From assembly GCA_004431415.1 (NCBI GenBank), contig QPMI01000658.1:124001-188000 (forward strand): a stretch of DNA of 64,000 nt, given 5' to 3'. The position numbers and the translations under genes are program-made. The notes beneath the pieces are model-generated. The model worked only from the letters and a program-made list of their open reading frames with translations. It had not been told where the DNA came from and ran no database searches. This DNA comes from Cyanophora paradoxa CCMP329. Its lineage: Eukaryota > Plantae > Glaucophyta. Below, one piece after another: positions 39,401 through 49,071 of the stretch; the stretch's first letter is position 1; every line of letters begins with the position of its first letter.

Positions 39401-39782
39401 CCGACGCCCTCAGACGTCGATCCCCGTCGAGCAGCTCAAGTCTCAGCTGGCGTGGACGAACCGCACCCTCGCGGCGGAGCTGGGGCAGCGCTCCGGATTC
39501 GCCGCCTTTCAGACCGGCCCGACGCCCGCCGACGCGTCTTCGTCCACGATCTCGCCCGGAGCGATCGTCGCCATCGCGCTCGGCAGCGCTGCGGCGGTGC
39601 TCGCCGTGGTCTGGGGCGTCCTGGCCTGGCGGCGCCTCTCCGGATATCGATCCGGACCCCGCCGCCCAGAGCTCGATCGGGATCGCGAACAGCGGCCGAA
39701 CGCGGACGTCGTCCTCGTGCTCGGGGAGACTCGCGATCAGAGCAGGAGGCCGCCCGCGGGCACCGCCACTTTTTTTGTTTGA
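27421..39782 (+). CDS. Giant type I membrane/surface protein: signal peptide, N-terminal domain, FN3, Pro/Thr linker, Kelch propeller, parallel beta-helix (GGA[VL]/FxxN repeats), Cys-rich module, TM; contains frame disruptions
   Basis: Signal MSALLLKSVLLLVAFAAAAVAA. FN3 SYTFRVWGYAAVGSGLVSN. Spliced Kelch blades VVYDGQRYIYAQGGYH..SVLRFD, GYHDGKIAFTGGHGGSFRNDLALFDTTGNTW and AYLFGGR..VNDLYQID. Beta-helix FSSNSAPIGGAV and FAKNRAALGGGL. TM GAIVAIALGSAAAVLAVVWGVLAWRR; stop at 39780-82. Continuity across 33134 is inferred from a Kelch repeat spanning it. Confidence 0.7.
31094..32433 (+). repeat. Direct tandem duplication (~670 bp x2) covering the FN3 exons
   Basis: 31094-31765 and 31766-32433 match apart from poly-C length and a GGG/TGG codon. 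Confidence 0.95.
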
Positions 39783-41092
39783 GATTGCAGATAAATTTTT
39801 GAGGCGTCCACAGCAAGCCCTCTTTCCTAGAAGCTTGAAGCCTTCACCTTGCATTTTTTTCCTAGGCCTTTTTCTGTCATTAAAAGCCTCGACCTTTTTT
39901 CCATTTTTTTCCAGTTCTTTTCCAGCTATATGCCAGGCTGGGCCCCGCTGGGCCCCGCCCCGCGGAATGCGCCGGCGCTTCGTGGACTCGCGAAGCGACG
40001 CACCTCGCATATTCGCGAAGCGACGCACCTCGGTAGTTCTTTAACTTGCATGCGACTCGAGGCTCGAGCTCGCTAGCGATTTCTATCGCGAATCGATTCG
40101 CGACCCGCGGCCGCGTGCCGAGCTCCAGCCTCCAGCTGCAGCCTGCAGGCTGCAGCCCTCAGCCTGCGCATGCAGGCTGCAGCCCGCGGCCTGCAGCTGC
40201 AGACTGCAGTCAACGTTAACGCCGCAGCGGCGCCGGCTGAGTGATCATGAGTTGACAGTGACTCAGTGACTCGCAATCGCGACGCGCGCGCGACGCGCGT
40301 CCGACGGTCGCAACGGATGAGCTGTCCGAGGGTAGTGCAACTTCCAAAAAAAAAGAAAACTTATGAGCTGTCGGGCAACTTCCAAAACAAACGAATGCGA
40401 TATTGTTTTTTTCCTTCACTCGAACTCGGATGACGTTGCTCTAGATCTTAGCAGGTTGGATCCTAGCAGTGGCTAGCACGTCGACAGTGACTCGACAGTG
40501 AGTCGACACTGCAGCTGCTCGCGAAAAAACGTCGGTCCCTACAACTCGCGATCGGTTTTTTCGCGAGCAGTGCGAGGTAGGCTCTTAGCAGGGTGGATCC
40601 TAGCACGGACCCGATCGAGTCCACTGCCGGACCACCGGCGTACCGGGTACTGGATCCGGACCAGGCAGCGCATCACGGCGATCACGCTGCGCATGCCGCC
40701 AGTGCTACTCAGTGACTAGTACAGTAGTATGCCCGGCGCACTGCATGCGGCATGCGCACGTGCACGGGCCCCTAAAGCCTAGTAGCTAGCCAGTACTACG
40801 GCACCGGTACCGGGGTAGTAGGACTCTAGCCTACCGCGGGGCCGGTACCGGTAGGACTCCGTACTACGTATATACGTTAGGGGCCTTGCCAGGCTTGCGC
40901 TAGGGCCAAGTACAACTAGTAGTTCAACGGTTGCAGCCAAGGTGCAGGTGGGCTCGAGCTCCCGGGTCCTTGACAGTGTTGACACGGCGTGCGAGTGACG
41001 GCGCGGGGTGTGGCGCAGGCGCGTGCGTGATTACACGATCTCGAGCGCTTCTTATTCTTTCTTCAAGGACTAGACCACGTATCTTGGCGAAG

Positions 41093-42008
41093 ATGGTGTT
41101 CTCGCCTTTAATGTATTTCAACAACTCCTCGACCGGTCCGTGCGATTTCTCAAGAGCGTGCCGCGCATGCAGCATGTACAGTGCCCGCCGCGCAGGCGCA
41201 CGCAATTGACAATGCGCATGCAGACTACGCCTGCTTCAAGACGTCCGACTGCAGCGGCAGTGGGAACGGCTACTCGGGGAAAACCTATGACAAGATCAAT
41301 GCAGCTGCCGAGTGCTGGGCCGGAGGGGCTACCTACGTAAAGTGGGGCCCCGACTCGAACTCGAACACGATTTGTAAGAGCGTGACCGACTCGGACTTCA
41401 AAGCCGGTGCGAAAATCTGGTTTCGCATGATCATGTCTAGATCTGCCTGCGCATATGCATGCGCACTGACTTCGCAAAGGCTTTAAATGTTATTCTGGGA
41501 GCACCTGCTCGGAAAGCACTCTGCAAGCTGATTTCACAAGCGGAAGCTACCTCCTTGACTATGCTAGCACAATGTGCAACCTTTACGGGCAGTACTGCAA
41601 CTCCTTCAAATTCAATGGCGTGTGCATCCAAAAGAAAACGACGAATTGCAGCTCCAATTGCTCATATAGGACGACGACGACGAAACTCGACGACGATACT
41701 CAGGTGCACCCCTCGAAAAATAAATTAAATTAAACCTGCATGAATTGAGACGTGGCCTGGAAATCTAACCGACGAGCTTGCTATATATGCCATCGGCAGG
41801 TCGTGGGTGGTGAGGATCCGGAGGAGGCCGAGATGGATGCTGCGGAGATCGAGGTGGAGGCGGAAGCGGAGGCCGCGGTGCGCCCTCTCCCGCGGCTGAC
41901 TCCTCAGACTCGATCGCGAGCTCGCCGCGACAATCGCAATCTGAGGCGCCGCGACAGATGCTTGCAATTGCGGACGCTGAGGGCGCCGACTTCGACGCCT
42001 GCGCGTGA
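41093..42008 (+). CDS. Small Cys-rich protein with two related Cys modules and an acidic tail; 5' end uncertain (copy 1)
   Basis: Spliced exons: YACFKTSDCSGSGNGYSGKTYDKINAAAECWAGGATYVKW.., FKCYSGSTCSESTLQADFTSGSYLLDYASTMCNLYGQYCNSFKFN, TTTTKLDDDTQ, VVGGEDPEEAEMDAAEIEVEAEAEAA, MLAIADAEGADFDACA-stop. Confidence 0.6.
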
Positions 42009-43890
42009 TAAATACGCATACCGTAGTACCGCAAACTCCAGCAGCCGAGGCGTGACAAGACTATAGCTAGCACTCTCTCTGAGATTCTCCTTTACCCGTG
42101 CACGTGCCGCAGTGCAGCTTACTTGATTGTATCGTGCTAATGGCTCAGACGGCATGATCATGATCGTGAGACTTCGATTTCGGATGGTTTGTGACCGTTG
42201 AACAGATGCACGCGTATGCATGCACAACTTGGCAAGGTCATCGATTTTTTTTGCAAAAGCCCAACCGGGCAATGTTCGTATTAAAATGACAACAACAGCC
42301 TCCCCGTCGGCGGCATCGAACTGGGGGGGCACCTTATCTTGCTCTAAGGCTCTGCTACCATGCTACCACAACTTAGCTAGCAACGTGTTGAGCTGGAGCG
42401 GGGAGGTCCTAAGGGTGCTGTCGTCCGTGGCCCTGTGGGGGGGAGGGGGGAGGGGGGGGAGGGCACTTCCGGCCAGGTTGGGCGTAGGGAAGGGGTGAGG
42501 AGAAGAGGGGTGCGGGGGAGAGGGGTCTCGGAGGAAAATTAAGCTAGCTGCCACGGCCCGAGTGCCGCCGCCGGGGGCGGGGGCGGGGCGCTGGAGGGCG
42601 GCCGGGGCGGGGCGCGGGAGCCGGGGGCGGGGTGGGGTGCTGGAGCCGGGGGCGGGGGCGGGGCGCTGGAGCCGGGGGGCGGGGGCGGGGCGCTGGCGCC
42701 GGCGGCAGGGGCCGGCTTGGAAGCCGGGTCCGGGCGAGCCTCGTCTGGCTCTGGGGGGGGGGACCGAGCGTACACGTCTCTGTACCGACCTCGGGGAGGA
42801 GGAGTCCGGGTGGGCGCCCTTTGGGCCCAGGCCGGGGGAGAGGGGGCGGGGGCGTGGGCCCGCGGGGCCTGGGCTCTGGGCGGGGGAGGGACCGGCGCGG
42901 GGCGCTAGGGAGTAGGACGTGGGCGCACCCTGCCGTTGTTGTATATCGGACGGCGCCGACGGCCCCGTCGCGCGGCGAGCTCGAGGCGGAGGGGAGAGGT
43001 CGAGATGCAGGGCGAGATCTGCAGGCGCGCGGGCACGTTCTGTAAGGATGGGGCGGCGCGCGCGGCGCCTGCAGCATGGCGGCGGCGTTCGAGGAGCAGC
43101 GGCGGCGGCGCGCGACGGCGGGAGCGTCAGTTTAGAGAGCTGGTGGTTATCGGACATCTGCTATGCGGCGGGTGGCGTGTAAGTGGCCGGGACGGGCCGT
43201 GGCGCATGCGCGGCGATGGCGGGAAACCGGGCGAGGTCTAGGCGGCCGACCGGCGCCGTTTGCGCGTTCTAGGGCTGTAGTATTATACCGGGAGCGGCAG
43301 CGTGCTGTCTGTACTTCCCGCGCGGGGTGCCGGCGAGGTCCTCGACATTCAAAAAGTGGCTCGATGATGTCGGCGGGGCTCCACGACGCTCCGGGGGCGG
43401 GCTGCCGGCTTCGGCGGTCGTGCTGGACGGTGATGTGCTCGTGTCGCCTGGCGGGCTGCGCCCGGCTGGCCTAACTAGCGTTGTCGGTCCACGGGGGTCG
43501 GGTGGAGCTGGCGCGCGACTTTCCGAGCAGCTTGACACGCGGCGTTATCAGGCACCCACGGGTGGGAAGCCTGGCCCGCCGCGCTGCCGTAATCGTCGCG
43601 CGTAATATACCGACTGTAAGTAACAGTAAGTGGGCTATAGCTGTTGTCAAATTCAAATAAGCACTAGCTATAGTCTGACTGCCTCGGGTCCGGAGGCTCT
43701 AGAACTGATCATAAATCGAGCTGCAGCTCGATTCAGAGTCAGCGAAGAAGAGAGAGGGAGGGAGCCGGGCCAGTCAGTCTTCTTCTTCTTCTGCTTCTGC
43801 TTCCCACCCACCCACCCGTCCGTCCGTCTCACCTGGACGGCGCCCTTGAGCTGCGCCCGCTCGCCGCAGTCCGAGTTCGAAGTTCGGCGG

Positions 43891-46240
43891 TCACATGACC
43901 GCGCAGGCCTCGCAGCCCTTCTCCGTTTTGCAGACGGGGCAGCCCTTCGAGAACAGCGAAGTGAGCCCAGGCGGCCAGCGAGGGCCCCGCGGCCGGGCGC
44001 TGGCAGGGCGGGGCAGCCGGGCGCTGGCGGGGCGGACCTTGCAGCCGGTGGCCTGGTGCCGCTTGCGGGTCGCCTCGATGAAGCGCTCGAGCTGCTTCTC
44101 GTCCATGGCCTGCGCGGGGGGCGGCGTCGGCGGCGGCGGCGCCGCGAGTCGAGGGCGCGGGGCCGGCGCCACGCACGTCGAAGTCCGGCACCTCTCTGCC
44201 CTTGGGCGAGGGCGAGGGCGTGGCCCCCCTCTGGCCCGCGGGCGAGGGCGCGGGCGCGGGCGAGGCCGCGGGGGAGGCCGCCTGCGAACGAAGAAGTTTC
44301 GGCGAACGAAGTTTCGGCTATAAATAGCCGGGGGGTACCGGAGGCGCGAGGGAGTCGGGGGCGGTGGGGGCGGCGCCGTTGGGGAGGTGGGGCGCCCCCG
44401 GGGCCCGCCGGAGGGCGGCCTCAAGGCGCTGCGCGTGCTCCCGGTGGTGCCCGGCCCGCCGGCCCCGCCGGGGCCCGCCGCCTGCAGCGCCGCCTCGAGC
44501 TGCGAGGTGCGCGCCAGCCACTCCTTGATCTCCCGCACCTGGCCCTCCAGCGCCGCGGCGCCGCCGCCTTCCGCCCCGCCCCCGCCCCGCCCCCGGGGCG
44601 GAGTGGAGGGCGGCGAGGAGGGACACCAGGTTGGAGACGAAGGACTCGCGCTCGGCGCGGAGGCCGCGCTTGCCGCGCACGCGCTCCGCCAGCGTCTCGA
44701 TGCGGTCCCGTGTCTCCGCCAGCTCCGCCGACGCCCGCTGCAGGCCCTCCCGCCTCTCCTCCAGGTCCTGCGCCCGCCGCAAGCCAAGCCCACCTCAGAG
44801 TAAAGAAGAAGAAGAACGAGGAACTAGCTCGGCTTAATCAAACTAGCCAAATGAAGAACTAGAGCTCAGGATCGATGGGTGGGCGGACGCACGCGGGTGC
44901 GGGCGCGGAGGGCGTCCTTGAGCGCGTTGAGCTTCTCGACGGGGAAGCCGAGCTCGGCCTGCTTCTTCTGCTCGGCCGCCCCTCAGAGTCAGCGAAGAAG
45001 AGAGAGGGAGGGGGAGAGCGAAGAAGAAGAGAGAGGCCTAGGGAGGGAGCCGAGCTATCTATCTAACCAGCTTTCTGGATCTATCTAGTCTTCTTCTTCT
45101 GCTTCCCACCCACCCGTCCATCCGTCTCACCTGGACGGCGCCCTTGAGCTGCGCCCGCTCGATGGCGCACTCCTCGAGGCCCTCCTTCTGCTTCTCGACG
45201 GCCTTGCGGATCTCCTTGAGCACCGAGCGCAGCGTGACGACGTGCCCGGCCAGCATGTCGTACACCTGCGCGGCGGCCGCTGAGCGGGAGCCGGGAGGCT
45301 GGGCGGGGCTGGGCTGGAGCCTGGGCTAGGCAAAGAGGCAATCTCGTTTATCTATCGATCTATCTAGCTGCCGAGGGGCGGCTGAGGGCGAGCCGAGGGG
45401 CGGGGCGGGGCGGGGCGGGGCGGGGCTAGGCAAAGAGTTCAGGAACGCTATAACCATCTTATATCTTGACTGTCTTGAGAACTATCTTAAGCCTGAGATA
45501 CTTTCAATGTTCCTCTGACCTGCTTGGCGGCAGCAAGCTCCTGGTACTTCTCCTGCGCCGTCTCCCGGAACCGCGCGTCCTGCAGCTCCGCCACCATCCC
45601 CTCGTACTCCGTCCGCCGCGCCTGATTAGAAGAGTGAGCGAGAGGGGTACAGGGAGGAGTAGGGGGGTACGCGGCGCGCTCGCTTGCCTGGAGCTCGTCG
45701 TTCTTTGCGAGAATGAGGAGGCGGAGGCCGGTGACCTTGCGCGCCGCTGCTTCCAGCTCGCCCCGCCGCACCTGCCGCCCCGCACGGGGAGAGGTCAGAA
45801 GACACCGGGCGCCTCCTTTCTACCCGTGTACCCCGGCGCGCCCCTTCCATCCGTCCTCACCTGGAGGCGGCGGGCGATCTCGGCCGAGGCCTGCTTGTGC
45901 ACCTCCGCAGGCGACATCTGCCGCCCCGTCGGCTTGGTTGGTTGGTTGGAGGGGGGGGGGAGGAGGGGGGGTACGCACGCCGGAGAGGTCCGCGCCGAGC
46001 GAGGCGACGAGCTCGATGAGGGGGCTCCCCGGCGGTAGAGAGATCGAGGAGCCGGCCTGCGCCATCGACGGAGACGGGAGATGAGGAGGGCTCGGCGGCG
46101 GCGACGCTGCCGCGCTCGGGGCGGGGCGGGGCGGGGCGGGGTCGGGCGGGGGCTACCGGGGCCTTGGAGACCTGCTCGAAGGTCTTCTGCAGGTCTTCCT
46201 TCAGCGCCAGCAGCTTCTCGTGCTCCGCCCTGCGCCCCGG
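43891..46240 (-). pseudogene. 5'-truncated copy of a coiled-coil protein gene with a C-terminal Cys/His cluster (copy 1)
   Basis: Exons EHEKLLALKEDLQKTFEQ, ARRTEYEGMVAELQDARFRE, VYDMLAGHVVTLRSVLKEIRKAVEKQKEGLEEC and RKRHQATGCK..KGCPVCKTEKGCEACAVM-stop. The upstream part is cut by the 46358 junction. Confidence 0.7.
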
Positions 46241-48698
46241 CTGCTTGAGGGGGGGGGGGGGGGGGGGGGGGGGGGGCTGGCTGGGCTAGGGGGGCCGCTA
46301 GGACGCTAGGCTAGAACGAGTGGGAGGGAAGCTAGGAGGGACGGTAGTGGGAGGGAAGCTAGCGCTGCGTCGTAGGGCGCGTTAGCGAGAATGGCCCCTG
46401 AATCGGTTGCAGAGGAGGTCAAGCGTAGTTTACGATGGCCAGCGATACATATACGCGCAAGGCGGTACGCGCTTGGCCGTGCTTCGAATTCGCTTAAGCT
46501 TTCACTGCCGATTAGCGTCGACGTACTAAGTTCGTTCATGCTCAATGACAGGATACCATCCCGCGGACGGATCCCTCAAAAATTCTGTTCTACGTTTTGG
46601 TGCGCGAGCATTCGCAATCGCCGCAGGCTTAGGTCACGAACGTTGAATGGCTTTACCCCCAGATCTTCAAACCCTTGCCGGGACCGCGGTGTGGACCAGC
46701 GCATCTGACCGCAAGAGAAACGTTTTTTTAACGCGCAATGCGCAGTGCGTAATCTAATGCATCTGCTTTGTTACGAAGCCACCGCGGATGATGACGACTC
46801 GCGCGTTGTTGTAGGGCTACCATGACGGCAAGATAGCTTTCACGGGCGGTCACGGCGGATCATTCAGGAACGGTGAGGCATAGCTTGAGCGCTTATATAT
46901 TAAGCTTGCAATTGCATCCGCTGGACGCCAACGACTTCCGTTCGTTCCAGACCTGGCCCTGTTTGACACTACCGGCAACACGTGGTCGACGAAGTTTGCA
47001 GAGGCGGCCGACTCCGGTGCCATCGGAGAAGGGCGCATCTGCGCGATCCTCGGCGTTTGGCGGCGGGGACGCCAGCGTGTCCCTGACCGGAATGAGGTAG
47101 GTTCTAGATGCGAAGACCGACTCGCGTTTTCGCCGAATGGACCCAATTGAGAGACGGCTCAGATACGCCAACCTTTCGGGTTCCCCGACCGCTTGGACGA
47201 ACCCTACTCCGGCTCGCCGACTGTCCCGCCGTCCCGAATGTTTCCCTGGTTTGTTGTAAGATCCGAGCGACCATGCGGCTGTCGCCAATTTAATTTGATC
47301 ATGGAGCTTAAGACTGGATCTAGAGAGATTATATTAAAACGTTTCGAGCGCAGGCACTGGGTGATGACGGTGAACTCGTACCCGATGTGGGTGCGGCCGG
47401 CCGCTTGTTTGTATCTTAACTAGCTTTCGGCCCCCGTTCTGAATTGATCTCCGTTCACCTCATGATCAGGTCGTCGTCGGAGGGTTCGAAAAACAGCCGG
47501 GGCCGAAGTTCTACACTCGAACCGACGCTTGGGTATATCCGCATTCAAATTTGAGCGTCTTCATTAATCGGTATCGTACACACTGACAAATGCGGCAGGT
47601 TTTCAGGCCCCGTGCGTTTATCTTTTCGTAACTGCTCCGGACATCGAAATTAAAGTACGTCGCGATTTAGAGCTTTAAAGCTCACTGTCCTTCAGATTGT
47701 ATGAACGTCTGTGGTTCAAGCGGGTGGCAGAAGCTGAACGTCAGCGGCGCGTTCCCGATGACAGCAGGTTCGAATTCGTCTAGGACGGCTCGCGATCGCC
47801 AGTCATTACCACCTGTACGCGAGCTCATTCGTCTCCTTCCCGCTTTGCAGAGGGCGCAGGGGGGTATTTCCCTTCCCTCAAACGCGCCTATCTGTTTGGA
47901 GGACGGACTCGGACTGCCGGGGGCAATTATTATGCCTACGAACTCGTCAACGATCTCTACCAGATTGACGTCTCAGGTGCAATGCGTGATTCTAGATCTA
48001 TAGTGTAGCGACGTGCGCGAAAGCGGTCTAACCTCGCGGCAGTCTCCTCCGACTGTCCCTGCTCCCGGCGCCGGCTCACGGAACAAGACGACTCTATGCA
48101 TACGGAATCCTCCGCCAAGGCCGGCCGCGCGCTGCTGCAGGACGGCGGTTTGTTGAGCGCGTTAAAGAATTTATCGTCCTTGATGCTGGGCGCAGAGCCG
48201 GACCCGAGCTTCGTGACGACGGAGAACCCCGTCGACATGCGGCTTGCGGCGGCCGCGAACGCGACCAGCGGGCCAGAGGACCCGACCGCGCTCCTCAGCG
48301 CCGACGCGGAGCGCTACGACACCAGGTGGACCATGGACCGGCAGGCGACGCTCGCCGCGCTCGACCCGCAGGCCCGCAAGTCCCTCGAAGCCCTGTCCGG
48401 TACTTTTAGCTTTGAATTCTTTGCAAATTCGAGCGCTGTACATGTCCGAGCGATCTCTCACGCAAAACGTTCATCAGCGATGCGCGAGGCGCAAATCATG
48501 GCGTTTGCCCAGCTGCGTCCTGCGGAGTCGGCACAGGGCGCGCGCTCGTACAACGGCGAAAACGGGACCACCGCAATCGTCATCGACCGAAGTGCGCGGG
48601 GGCGGTTTAAAAAAACTTTGGAGGCTTTGAGAACCGCCGGTCGCTGACAAGGATCGGACCTCAGGTGTCGGGAGCTGCCCGCCTGACCGCAAATTCGC

Positions 48699-49071
48699 TT
48701 TTTTTTTTGCAAAAGTGGACGTCGCATTGATACACCACGGCACATGTATCAATGTTCTACGTGACGTGCCCTTCCGACCGGTCATCTATCTAGCCGAGGG
48801 TGCTAGCTAGGTGCCGGCCATGGGTCGCTCAATATGGGAGGTTCGCCTGAGTGGGGGAGCCATGGTTTTCGGTGATAGCCGTAACCAGACCCACGCGCCC
48901 ACCCCTTGATCAACTCCTCCATCCCTCATGAGCCCTGGAAGTGAAATGTCTCGCAGTCCGCCGCCCTCCCTTGCCGCCGCTCCGCCACGCCTCCTCCTCC
49001 CCACTCCGCCTCCTCCCTCCTCCTCACCTGCGCCCCAGGACCCCGATTAATCGGTGTCCCGTTTTGTCGAG
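48699..49071 (-). mobile_element. 373-bp non-LTR retro-insertion (SINE or 5'-truncated LINE 3' end)
   Basis: T10 at 48699-48708 (poly-A tail on -); 18-bp TSD GCCTGACCGCAAATTCGC at 48681-98 and 49072-89; absent from unit 1 (~35445-35463). Confidence 0.92.

Larger units (their letters stand above)
33134..46357 (+). repeat. Tandem amplicon unit 1 (~13.2 kb)
   Basis: Starts GCTAGCGCTGCGTCGTAG; near-identical to units 2 and 3. Confidence 0.95.

Noticed and set aside
42058-43676. 13-bp inverted repeat AGACTATAGCTAG around a 1.6-kb GC-rich segment
   Set aside because: No TSD, no transposase and no empty site; CTAG/TATAG words are common here.
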